Assembly (NCBI GenBank): GCA_964016885.1
Contig: OZ024742.1
Span: 314,030,001 to 314,094,000, forward strand
From: Eledone cirrhosa
Lineage: Eukaryota
DNA length: 64,000 bases
Direction of reading: 5' to 3'
Below, piece after piece: positions 23,480-35,004 of this stretch; within the stretch, counting starts at the first letter, position 1; the number at the start of each line of letters is the position of its first letter. A model generated the notes under the pieces. That model had not been told where the DNA came from and did not search any database. It saw only the letters and a program-made list of their open reading frames with translations. Position numbers and translations under genes: made by a program.

Positions 23480-23837
23480 TATATATATAAATATATATAT
23501 ATACGTATATACGTATATGTGCGTAAAACGTGTATATACCTGTGTGTCAGTATGTGAGGGTAAGTATTCGCGTACGACTGTGAGAATTCCCCAGAAATAC
23601 CTGAGTTTATGTATGTATGTATGTATGTATCTATGTATGTATGTATGTATGTATATGTATGTATGTATGTGTGTATGTATGTATGTATGTATGTATGTAT
23701 GTATGTATGTATATGTATGTATGTGTGTATGTATGTGTGTGTATGTATGTGTGTATGTATGTATGTATGTATTATGTATGTACGTATGTATGCATATATC
23801 TATTCATCTATGAATTTGTATACGAATGTATGTCTGG

Positions 23838-23878
<41 letters not shown>

Positions 23879-23899
23879 TCTGCATGTCTCTGTGTGTTT

Positions 23900-23937
<38 letters not shown>

Positions 23938-24479
23938 CGTGTGTGTGTGCCGTGTAGGAGTGTGTATGCGCTTGTGTATGTCTGGATGATATGAGTGACT
24001 TCCAATGCAAATATTTTGAGAAATCTTCAAGTTACATACACTATTCATTTTATAGGCTAGTTGCAGAGAAATCTGTTTTTATTTTCTAAGGTCTGTATAG
24101 AAGGTAGTGTGGTGTGTGTGTGGGTTTAAAGAATGTTAAACCTCTCAATGTTGCAGTGTATGCATTACATTAAACAGTCTAGTTCAGTGAAAGTTATGAG
24201 TACGAAAGTAAGCTTATAATTAACAGTTAATAATAAACATATAAAGAAGACACGTTAGTATGGAAATCATAGTAGATGTCTTCTTCCTTCTCAACTTCAA
24301 ATATGTGTTTCCTACTAAAAGAAGGTAGTAGTAAGAAAGAAAAACATTGTTAGTATCTTAATAGTTTCTCGTTTAAACTCAATGCCAGAAACTAAATCGA
24401 CTGAAGGAGTGATGAAAGTCGAGGTTGACCTTAATGAACACATGTAAGAAGAGGAACTGTGAGTAAAAGCAGATTGCAA

Positions 24480-24731
24480 TTTATCTGCAAATACCGGGGC
24501 TTGTCCGACCGCTTCCTCTTTGTACCGGTCTCCGTTGAGATTTCTGGTATCCTCGTACCGCATACTGCCGAACTCCTCCACAAAATAGGAACGTCAGCAA
24601 TCCGTCTGAGGAGGAAGCTCCGTGAAGTGGGGTGGTTGTTGCATTGTGTGTCGCTGGCTATTGTCCACGGAACAGCTTCAGTAGTTTTGTCCACGGGGCG
24701 CAGCCGAAACACCACCTCACCCTTGGCATAG
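24480..24731 (+). pseudogene. C-terminal fragment of a CRE-clade-like RLE non-LTR retrotransposon
   Basis: KYRGLSDRFLFVPVSVEISG...AELLHKIG...REVGWLLHCVSLAIVHGTASVVL fits the KY..L...F.P..VET.G...WL.QR.SLAI.RGNA pattern at the end of CRE-type RLE domains (recognised from memory). Confidence 0.65.
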
Positions 24732-24989
24732 AGCCCATCACACTCTCCCCTTTCCACTCCCTTTTTTCGTGGCCCAATGTCTTGAAGTTTTCCCTCCTTT
24801 TACTCTTATTTATGGCATTTATAGTCTTTTCCTCTACTTTCCCACACAGCAGATCTGCCCTTCTTTACCCCCCCCTTTCATTACTTAATCTTTTTCTTAT
24901 CTTTCTTCTTCATATTTCCATCACTGTTGATTTATTATATGGCAATTGCTAGTGTCATTGTCTCCCTCGATCACCTTTTATGATAATAA

Positions 24990-25980
24990 TTGTTTCTACA
25001 TTTGGCACAAGGCTAACAATGTTGGGAGGAGGGGAAAGCCGAGTAAATCGACCTCAGTACGTTACTGGTACTTTATTTTATTGAGGCAAAGCTAACCTCG
25101 GCGGGATTTGAACTCAGAACGTAAAGGGTCATAACTAAATACTGCAAAGCATTTTGTCCGACGCTCTACAGATTCTGCCAATTAACTGACCACCATAAAT
25201 GAATGTGAATCCTTATAGATCTTTCTAAGCCCTACAGGTTCATTCTGTCATTACCACAACAGAGGTCCGACGTGTTTTTGATTCCAGATTCGAGCTAGAT
25301 CGATACAGATCCAACCTTGAGCTGATCAATAGCGACAAGCGCGTCACTACTCAATAAACGTAATGAAGACATAATAAATCGTCCTTTTTAGGTGAATTGG
25401 CCGTATCGGTAGAACGTCAGACACAATGCTTTGCAACATAGAGTTATGGCCCTTTATAGTCTGAGTTCAACGCCCGCCGAGGTTAACTTTGCCTTTCATC
25501 CTTACGAGGTCGATAAAATAAAGTACTAGTAATGCACTGGGATAATTGCTGGCCTTGTGCCAAAAGTAGACACAATTCTTAATATTATTGTGGTTTGGCA
25601 GTATCGGTAGAGCGTCAGGTACCATCCTTTGCAGCACAGAGTTCTACATATTCCGTTTTCAATAATTTTCTGAAGTAATGAATCGAGAATCTCGGTGTTT
25701 CGATTTGTGAAAGTTCCGCTTCCAGGAAAGTACCTCCTCATTCTACTGAGTGTTACAATGATATTCATTCATATTATTTGTTTGGTGGATTGGCAGAATC
25801 GGTAGAGCGTCGGATAGAATGATTCGCAACATAGAGTTACTGCCCTTTACGTTCCGAGTTCAAATCCCGCCGAGGTTAACTTTGTCTTTCATCCTGGTGG
25901 GGGTCGATAAATTGAAGCACCAGTAATGCACTGGGGTCGATTTAATCGGCTTTCCCTTCCTTCTGCCTATAATAGAAACA
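24990..25980. mobile_element. Cluster of SINE family 1 copies (24990-25190 minus; 25390-25575, 25590-25648 and 25784-25980 plus)
   Basis: Repeated A/B boxes and central block. Confidence 0.82.
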
Positions 25981-26291
25981 ATTATTTATGTGTGTGTGTT
26001 TGAAATTATGTGCATATCTCTAATTCAATTAGAATGATAACTGAAGTTGAAAATCAAATGTAATGGAAGATGTCTTAGATGTCTATCAGTTCTTGAAGTT
26101 TAATGTATGTATTATAGTGACGTATGATGCCAAAAACTGCGTGTGTTATCTACACACAATGCAGATTTCTCAGACACCCAGAATAGAAAGCGATTAAAAG
26201 TTTAAGAGGAAATTTTGACATTAATTCATGTAATACCTTTTAGTATTTAATTCGAATTCCATTTCAATGATCCAGAACAACTATTAGAATG

Positions 26292-26330
<39 letters not shown>

Positions 26331-26627
26331 GTAGTAGTAGTAGTAGTAGTAGCAGCAGTAGCAGAAGCGGTAAAATCCGTAGCAACAATAATTTCTAAGC
26401 TCAACAACGAAATAAACAAAGCAAAAAGTGATTTAGGGTGACAGTTTTCAATTGGGTGATTCAGTTGAAATCTCAAAACCATACGAGATTAATGGCGTTA
26501 TCTTGCTACAAGGTGTTTTAATATTAGTGGCGCGATTATATATTTCTATTAAACTAAGAAAGAGCATAATAATCATTGTCATTTTTCTCTATCAGTTCCC
26601 CAGTGTCTATCTGCCTGTCTTCTCCCT

Positions 26628-26745
<118 letters not shown>

Positions 26746-26824
26746 TAATGATTTCTTTATTAACCACAGGGGTTTACATAAAGTAGACATTAAGGACAGT
26801 GCAGGACAATGCAGGACGGTACAA

Positions 26825-28752
26825 AGAGTCAATACGTACAAGAGGGACGAGAGGGGACATCCTTGGCGGACCGAGCGCATGATGTTGAACGGTTCCGAAA
26901 GGTGACCGTTCACTCTCACCACAGAGCAGATGTCGCTGTGCATGGCAGCGATCCAGCCTCTGAAGACGGGCCCAAAACCAGCCGCCCTCAGGACTGCCGC
27001 TAGGTAACGATGGTCGACCCTATCGAAAGCTTTCGACTGATTTAAATTGGTCAAGGACCCACCCGTGCCAGGTTCTCTAGCTACCCTCTCTACGATGTAT
27101 CGCATGAGGTGGAGGTTGTCGTGGATGGATCTGTCGGGAATGGCGCATGTCTGCGCCTCTCCCACCAGAGCACCAACGACAAGCGCCAACCTCTTTGCTA
27201 GCACCTTGGCCAAAATCTTGAACTCTGTGTTTAGCAGAGTTATGTGCCTGAAATTATCTATGTTATCCCCCTTGTTCGGATCCTTTCTCAGCAGTGCCTC
27301 CGCTCCTCGACTCACAGAGCTGGGAATTCTCCCGTTCTGTTGCCAGTTGCAGTAGACGTCCGCCAGGAGGCCTCCGAACAAGTCTGGCATCTGTACGTAA
27401 ATTTCATAGGGCAGACCATCCAAACCAGGCGATTTACCTCTTGTGCAGCCAGTCATTGCCTCCCTTACTTCAGCGGCTGTTATCGGCTTTTCACAACACT
27501 CCGCCTCAGTGGCTGAGAGCCGCGGCAGTCCGTCGAGGTAGACACTAAAGTCCATCCCTCGACCCGGCCCACCGCTACCCTCGAACAGCTGAGTGAAGTG
27601 TCGCGGAAAAGCTTCACGCATTTGCCCGGGATCGAGTAGAATGCGCCCGTCGTGGTCCACCAAAGACCGGATAGTGGCTTTGTTGCTACGACGCTCCTCC
27701 GCCACTCGCGCCCATTTAACGGCTTTCGTCCCCTCGTGTCTGAGAGCACGCACCCTAGCTCTGACAACGCAGCCTTCGTGCTTTGCATTGAAGAATTGGT
27801 CAAGGGCCAATTTCGCCGCAAGCACGTCGGTCGCGATGCCTTTACTAAGCGCCTCGTCTAATTTTCTAACTAGTTCTCCCTCTGCTCTATTTTTCTCTAT
27901 TGCTAAAGCCTTACTAAACCTAATGGATTCTATTCTAATCGCTCTTTTCAGAGCAAACCACCACTTGTTGTCTCTGTAGGCCTTGCGCGCTGGTAAGGAC
28001 GCGTTTAGCTTCCAGTAGCCGGGTCCTCGTCTATGAAGCCTATCTAAGTCAAGCACACACATCACGAATTTGTGGTCCGTGTAACTGACTATCTTGAATT
28101 GTGGACAGCCTATGCTACACCTATCTATTTCCTTACAACATACTCTATCTAGATATGATCTGGATGACCCTATGCGATTTGTCCAAGTCCACATTGGCAC
28201 ATTCGGGAAATCCAATCGGTACCTGTCAGACAGTTCAAAACGCCTGAGCAGGTTGGTGAGGCTCTTGCACCCTCCACCCCTATCCGCTAATCCCACACAG
28301 TCCCAGCATGCATCTAAGATTCCGTTCCAGTCGCCCTTTAATACTAAAGAGCGGGACGTTCCAAGAAAGATCTCCAGACGCCGGAAGAAATCAGGCCGCC
28401 TTGCTCCTGTCGGGGCATAGACGGCCACTAGCCTGAAAGCTTGCCCGTCTCCGCTGGTCACGTCCAGCACCACCAACTTACCCTCTGGGTCCAGGAAGAT
28501 GGCCCGTATGGCGAGATCCAAACCTCTCCGAAAAAGCACAGCAACTCCTTCCCCCGATCCAGGACGGCTGGGAGATGCGTACAAATCGTAGCCGCCGAAG
28601 ATGGGTGCCAAGGCCCGTGCTTCGGAGATTCTGGTCTCGCTGATGGCCACTACATCTATGTTTAGTGACCTGAGGTCGTTGAGCAGGTGACCCTGCTTCC
28701 ACGACGACCCCAAGCCACGCGCATTTATGCTGCCTATTCTGAGTGAGGTCAT
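26825..28752 (-). pseudogene. B1 ORF2 (APE + partial RT), truncated before YADD
   Basis: MTSLRIGSINARGL...RQGCPLSSLLYVLTL then jumps to the 3' UTR; also an in-frame 48-nt deletion near 27970. Confidence 0.9.
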
Positions 28753-28787
28753 GTTTAAAATGGAGTGGAAAAGATGGGAAAGACCAC

Positions 28788-30897
28788 TTCCGTACTTTTC
28801 GTAGAGGAAGGATGGTTTTTCCATCCCTTTTCACTTGATCGTCTGGTTGAAGCGTCCCTTCGGCTGGTCGTCGGCTCTTCTATGAGTATGTCCGAATATA
28901 CTCTTCGGTTGAGAATCCCTCCTAGGTCTCTGAAATCACCAACTGCGTTGGGGAATTTCGTTTTAATGTTTGTGTATTTTTTCTGTGCTATTTTTACCAG
29001 TCTTATGTTCGTTGGCGTTTGATTGGTGCTGGTATTATGTAGTCGTGCTGTGAAATGTCTGTGTGTTCAATTATGTAAGTTTCTTGTTGTGTGTATTTAT
29101 TGCCGTGCATTTGTGGGTGGGGTGTGGTTCTGCTATTTTCTGTCGTTGTTGCTGGGTGTGTGTGTTTTATTGTTGTGTTTGCGATGTTGGTGCTTGTGGT
29201 GGTGGTGTTGAAGGTGTTGTTGTTGTTGGCGGTGGGGTTGTCGCCGGTGGTGATGGTGGTGCTAGTGTGGGTGGTGATTGTGTTGGTGGTGTTGCTGCTG
29301 TGAGTCTCTTTGCAGTAGCCTTTACCCTTTTTTCATTTCTTTCCTCCCTTTTCGAAGGCGACGATGCTCTGCTTCTGCGTTTGTGCCTTCTTACGACCTT
29401 TTGCCATCCCTCTCCCACCTCACACTCCATGTCTGATTCTGTGAGGTCGGGGAGGGGTACCAGCTCCACTCTTTCACTTGTTGTTGTTGGTGATGTTTGC
29501 AGTGGAATCTCTGTTGCAGCTGCATTTGGTATTACTGTTGCTGTTGTTAATACTTCCACTGCTGCTGCTGTTCTTGATTTCCGTGGTGTGGGTATGGGTG
29601 CCACGGACCTATCGTTCCTGGTTGCCGCTTGTCTTGTTGCTGATAGCCGTGGAGCCGGTTTCGGATGGAGGGGGGTTTTCTCCTTTCTCAGGGTCTTCTC
29701 GTTGCAGAAGGCCCTGAGGTGAGTCTTCGATCCACAGCGAAAGCATTTCGGGCGTTTGCCCTCAACACTTATGGGCAGTTGAGTGCCGTTATCGAAGTCT
29801 ATCACATCCGGGATAGCTTCGATGCATTCCTGGTTGGTTTGGATTAATATCTCAATGGAGGTGCCGACCCAATCTTCTCTTACTTTTTTCTGTACTTGCA
29901 GTACAGTTGTTTTGTCCTCGATTCCGACGAGGACAGACGCGGCCAGCCAAGAAGGGTCATCCGGGGGGGGGGGGGTCAGTTTGACCCTCACAATTTTTGG
30001 CCCGCAGTAGGAGGGCACCAACACCATTTCCTCGCTACTTAGGGTCACTAAGGATTGAGCCTTTGCCTCCTGGGGTGTGGCAAAATGCACGTCTACGGTG
30101 GCATATTTCTTCCCTCGAGTGATATGCTTTTTCCGCTGCCACACAGACCCTAAGGCTTTTTGTATTTGAGCCTCTGTGGCTCTTTCAACCCTACGGGATT
30201 TTGTGCTTACTGTACGGTACGTGACCGTACAGTGCTGTTGGGTTTCGAAACATTTTTCGGCTGCCTTGCAGATTGCTCGGTGTCCGGTTTTCGTCACCAT
30301 CTTCTTCGCTTCCTGTAATTCCTCATTTGTTATGAGGATGGTTTCCAGGTTCTTTGCGATACCTGCAAACGATATTGGTTTTTCGTTGCTGCTGTTGTTG
30401 TTGTTGTTGTTGTTGTCGTCAGAGCTGCTGTTACTTTTGTTGTTGCTGCAGGTACTACGACTACTGCCGCCGCCGCTGTTGCTGTGGTTGATGTTGTTGC
30501 CGCTGCTGCTGTTGTTGTTGCTGTTGCTGCTAATGCTGTTGTTGTTTATGCTGCTGCTGATGCTGTTTCGGCTGCTACTGTTGTTTTCCCTGTCACTGTT
30601 GCTGCTGCTACTGTTATTACGGCTGCTACTGCTACTATTCATTACGTCAGACGAATGAAATGGGTTTTCGTATTTTCCGCACACCTTTTTCGTAGTTGTC
30701 GTCGTCGTCATCGAGAAATGTTGCACGCTTTGTACGTGATTTTTCTTTACTGGCGTCGCTTGCGAAAGAGAAGGGAGGGAGAGAGACACATTTAGAGAAG
30801 GGAGGGAGAGAGACAATCTTCTCTCTGCTGTAGTAACGATTGAGGAAGAAGACGGAATGAGTGGCAGTGACCTATGAAAATTCTTTTTCGTAGCCAT
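28788..30897 (-). pseudogene. B1 ORF1 (Ser/Asn-rich N-terminus, CCHC knuckle), premature stop at 29167
   Basis: MATKK...CFRCGSKTHLRAFC; collinear with B2 ORF1. Confidence 0.85.
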
Positions 30898-31141
30898 GTT
30901 TTTTTTTGTTTTAAAATAAATATTGGGCACAAAACCCCAATAAGCGGTTATTTAACCCCGAAGGGCCAAATAACGGGCAGAAAGACCCCTCTCACGAGGA
31001 GGAGGGTGTTTTTGTCTACAATTTGGTTAAAGTTTTAAACAATTTACAATTGTTATAGCGGTCAAAATTTACAATACCTTACAGAGCCGAGCCTCCGTCA
31101 ACCATGGCATTCAATAATAATAATAATAATAATAATAATAA

Positions 31142-31237
31142 TTGTTTCTACTTTTGGCACAAGGCCAGCAATTACCCAGTGCATTACTGGTACTTTATTT
31201 TATCAACCCCGTAAGGATGAAAGGCAAAGTTAACCTT
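31142..31237 (-). mobile_element. 5'-truncated SINE family 1 copy embedded in (AAT)n between B1 and B2
   Basis: SINE 3' half with AAT repeats on both sides. Confidence 0.85.
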
Positions 31238-31247
31238 AATAATAATG

Positions 31248-31290
<43 letters not shown>

Positions 31291-31549
31291 TTTCTTTATT
31301 AACCACAAGGGTTTACATAAAGTAGACATTAAGGACAGTGCAGGACAATGCAGGACGGTACAAATGGGCATTTCTGCGTGTAAAAAACAAAAACAGAGGA
31401 TGTAACAAAAATAACAATGAAAATAACAATGAAAAATTCCCCAATAGGGGGGAGACTTCGGAGGGACATTTGTGGAGAAATCCCAGTAAAAAGCCACAAT
31501 GACCCTGACCACCAAGGCAAGTGCCCTCTCCCAGTTTTCCACCTTTAAT

Positions 31550-34500
31550 TTACAGATATATACTCAGAGTAGGCCCATTCACTCGGGCCATTCTTGCTTC
31601 TCTCACCCATCTTTCAACAAAATGCTGGGAAGAGAGCACTTCCCTCTCTACTCTGATTTTCCTTTTCAAATGAAATTTGAAAAAGTCAATCAGAGCATCA
31701 CCGAAGAGGTAAGTGCTCGTCTTCAGCCCTTTCAAACGTGTCCACCATACTATCTCTTTCACCATGGCCACCAGGCAGATAAAAATTGCCTGCCCTTCCC
31801 GGCTAAAGGAGGAGGGCGGGGCAATCCTCACGATGGACTCAGATGATAGCCGGATCCGTCCTAAACGCGACAGCAGGTGTTCGACATAAACCCACAAGTC
31901 AGCAATTTTCGGACACTGGACGAGTGCGTGCAGGACGGTTTCGTCGCCCTGCGCGCATCTCGGACATGCCCGGCTGACGGCACCTCCATGCCTGTAGAGT
32001 TTATCCCGAACTGGCAAGGCTCCTCGGTAGCACTGCCAGGCCAGAGATTTCTGGAAGTTGTCCATAGGCCCCGGCCCGAAAGTTCTTCCGAAGAGATTGG
32101 CTAGTTGATTTTCGTCGACGCCTAGAGTTTCCCCAAGTAGGTCGTCGCTCTTCCCCTCCACTAAACCTCTATAGAACGCCGAGGTGGAGTTTCCACCGAT
32201 CACATTGCCCGATTGGTCGAGGGCTGTGAGCGCCTGAAGACATTCCAGTCTCCAGGCGCTCCCTCTCGGTCTTCGCTTGACCCAGGACTGCAGCTCCGTC
32301 AAGGAAACGAGCTGGGGAAAAACGCGTCTAGCAAACGGCGACCACACCTGATCACTGTCGAGGAAGAGGTGGAGATGTCGTAGCCTGAGCGCGTGCCTGC
32401 GCATCATCAGCCACGGCATGCCCAGCCCTCCACGTAGCGGGTGTTGACAACAGATGGACCGCCTGACCATCGGAGCACGTCCCTTCCACAAAAAGCGAAA
32501 GAGCAAACGCTCCAACGCAGTCAGGCGAGGCTTAGGACAAGGTACGACGGTTAGGCGGTAGCAGATGACAGACGCGATGTACGCGTTAACCACCTCCGCT
32601 CGACCTTTCAGGGATAGCTTCCTCTCCGCCCATTTCTGGGTGAGAGAAGCCACCCTGCTCGTCACCTCGTCCCAGTTTTTGTCCGTCTGGAGGTCCGGAC
32701 CGAACCAGACCCCTAGCAATTTAACCGGTCCGTCCGTCCAGCGCCCGACGACGCTGTTGGACGGCATGGACCTGCCTCTCCAGGTGCCGAGCTGCAGGCC
32801 CACCGACTTTTCCTGGTTGATCATTGCTCCTGTCACCGCTTCGTATTCTCTTAGTGTAGTGCCGATCGCCTCGATGTGTTTGGCGTTCGACACCACTACG
32901 GTGACATCGTCCGCATATGCTGACACGGATCTTCCGCATCCTAGTTCGCGCGGGACTCCCCTCAACGTCTCCAGTTTGTGCAGTAATGGCTCGAGAGTCA
33001 ATACGTACAAGAGGGACGAGAGGGGACATCCTTGGCGGACCGAGCGCATGATGTTGAACGGTTCCGACAGGTGACCGTTGACTCTCACCACAGAGCAGAT
33101 GTCGCTGTGCATGGCAGCGATCCAGCCTCTGAAGACGGACCCAAAGCCAGCCGCCCTCAGGACTGCCGCTAGGTAACGATGGTCGACCCTATCGAAAGCT
33201 TTCGACTGATCTAAATTGATCAAGGACCCACCCGTGCCAGGTTCCCTAGCTACCCTCTCTACGATGTATCGCATGAGGTGGAGGTTGTCGTGGATGGATC
33301 TGTCGGGAATGGCGCATGTCTGCGCCTCTCCCACCAGACCACCAACGACAAGCGCCAACCTCTTTGCTAGCACCTTGGCCAAAATCTTAAACTCTGTGTT
33401 TAGCAGAGTTATGGGCCGGAAATTGTCTATGTTATCCCCCTTGTTCGGATCCTTTCTCAGCAGTGCCACCGCTCTTCGGCTCACAGAACTGGGAATTCTC
33501 CCGTTCTGTTGCCAGTTGCAGTAGACGTCCGCCAAGAGGCCTCCGAACAAGTCTGGCATCTGTACGTAAAGTTCATAGAGCAGACCATCCAAACCAGGCG
33601 ATTTACCCCTTGTGCAGCCAGTCATTGCCTCCCTTACTTCAGCGGCTGTTATCGGCTTTTCGCAACACTTCGCCTCAGTGGCCGAGAGCCGCGGCAGTCC
33701 GTCGAGGTAGACACTAAAGTCCATCCCTCTACCCGGCCCCCCGCTGCCCCCGAACAGCTGAGCGAAGTGTCGCAGAAAAGCTTCACACATTTGCCCGGGA
33801 TCGAGTAGCATGCGCCCGTCGTGGTCCACCAAAGACCGGATCGTGGCTTTGTTGCCACGACGCGCCTCCGCCACTCGGGCCCATTGAACGGCTTTCGTCC
33901 CCTCGTGTCTGAGAGCACGCACCCTAGCTCTGACAACGCAGCCTTCGTGCTTTGCATTGAAGAATTGGTCAAGGGCCAATTTCGCCGCAAGCACTTCGGT
34001 CGCAATGCCTTTGCTAAGCGCCTCGTCTAATTTTTTAACTAGTTCTCCCTCTGCTCTATTTTTCTCTATTGCTAAAGCCTTACTAAACCTAATCGATTCT
34101 ATTCTAATCGCTCTTTTCAGAGCAAACCACCACTTGTTGTTGACGATGGCCCCCGTCAACGCCCGCTTAACTAGTTCGCTAATCCGGTCTCTGTAGGCCT
34201 TGCGCGCTGGTAAGGACGCGTTTAGCTTCCAGTAGCCGGGTCCTCGTCTATGAAGCCTATCTAAGTCAAGCACACAGGTCACGAATTTGTGGTCCGTGTA
34301 GCTGACTATCTTGAATTGTGGACAGCCTATGCTAGACCTATCTATTTCCCTACAAAATACTCTATCTAGATATGATCTGGATGACCCTATGCGGTTTGTC
34401 CAAGTCCACATTGGCACATTCGGGAAATCCAATCGGTACCTGTCAGACAGTTCAAAACGCCTGAGCAGGTTGGTGAGGCTCTTGCACCCTCCACCCCTAT

Positions 34501-34969
34501 CCGCTAATCCCACACAGTCCCAGCGTGCATCTAAGATCCCGTTCCAGTCGCCCACTAACACTAAAGAGCGGGACGTTCCAAGAAAGGTCTCCAGATGCCG
34601 GAAGAAATCAGGCCGCCCTGCTCCTGTCGGGGCATAGACGGCCACTAGCCTGAAAGCTTGCCCGTCTCCGCTGGTCACGTCCAGCACCACCAGCTTACCC
34701 TCTGGGTCCAGGAAGATGGCCTGTATGGCGAGATCCAAACCTCTCCGAAAAAGCACAGCAACTCCTCCACCCGATCCAGAACGGCTGGGAGATGCGTACA
34801 CATCGTAGCCGCCGAAGATCGGTGCGAAGGCCCGTGCTTCGGAGATTCTGGTCTCGCTGATGGCCACTACATCTATGTTTAGTGACCTGAGGTCGTTGAG
34901 CAGGTGACCCTGCTTCCATGACGACCCCAAACCACGCGCATTTATGCTGCCTATTCTGAGTGAGGTCAT
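31550..34969 (-). CDS. LINE ORF2 protein (APE + RT + CCHC), family B, intact
   Basis: 1139 aa; INARGL, ISET, VGDWN, SYLDR, YTDH, LDQSKAFDRVDH, RQGCPLS, YADD, CPRC-DETVLHALVQC; aligns end to end with A1 ORF2. Confidence 0.95.
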   Translation of the reverse strand: MTSLRIGSINARGLGSSWKQGHLLNDLRSLNIDVVAISETRISEARAFAPIFGGYDVYASPSRSGSGGGVAVLFRRGLDLAIQAIFLDPEGKLVVLDVTSGDGQAFRLVAVYAPTGAGRPDFFRHLETFLGTSRSLVLVGDWNGILDARWDCVGLADRGGGCKSLTNLLRRFELSDRYRLDFPNVPMWTWTNRIGSSRSYLDRVFCREIDRSSIGCPQFKIVSYTDHKFVTCVLDLDRLHRRGPGYWKLNASLPARKAYRDRISELVKRALTGAIVNNKWWFALKRAIRIESIRFSKALAIEKNRAEGELVKKLDEALSKGIATEVLAAKLALDQFFNAKHEGCVVRARVRALRHEGTKAVQWARVAEARRGNKATIRSLVDHDGRMLLDPGQMCEAFLRHFAQLFGGSGGPGRGMDFSVYLDGLPRLSATEAKCCEKPITAAEVREAMTGCTRGKSPGLDGLLYELYVQMPDLFGGLLADVYCNWQQNGRIPSSVSRRAVALLRKDPNKGDNIDNFRPITLLNTEFKILAKVLAKRLALVVGGLVGEAQTCAIPDRSIHDNLHLMRYIVERVAREPGTGGSLINLDQSKAFDRVDHRYLAAVLRAAGFGSVFRGWIAAMHSDICSVVRVNGHLSEPFNIMRSVRQGCPLSSLLYVLTLEPLLHKLETLRGVPRELGCGRSVSAYADDVTVVVSNAKHIEAIGTTLREYEAVTGAMINQEKSVGLQLGTWRGRSMPSNSVVGRWTDGPVKLLGVWFGPDLQTDKNWDEVTSRVASLTQKWAERKLSLKGRAEVVNAYIASVICYRLTVVPCPKPRLTALERLLFRFLWKGRAPMVRRSICCQHPLRGGLGMPWLMMRRHALRLRHLHLFLDSDQVWSPFARRVFPQLVSLTELQSWVKRRPRGSAWRLECLQALTALDQSGNVIGGNSTSAFYRGLVEGKSDDLLGETLGVDENQLANLFGRTFGPGPMDNFQKSLAWQCYRGALPVRDKLYRHGGAVSRACPRCAQGDETVLHALVQCPKIADLWVYVEHLLSRLGRIRLSSESIVRIAPPSSFSREGQAIFICLVAMVKEIVWWTRLKGLKTSTYLFGDALIDFFKFHLKRKIRVEREVLSSQHFVERWVREARMARVNGPTLSIYL

Positions 34970-35004
34970 GTTTAAAATAGAGTGGAAAAGATGGGAAAGA
35001 CCAC

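Larger units (their letters stand above)
26750..31112 (-). mobile_element. Tx1-like family B copy B1, 5'-complete with ~1.6-kb internal deletion, inserted in (ATT)n
   Basis: Same 5' end (GAATGCCATGGTTGA) and 3' end (GTGGTTAATAAAGAAATC) as B2; (AAT)n on the plus strand at both flanks. Confidence 0.92.
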
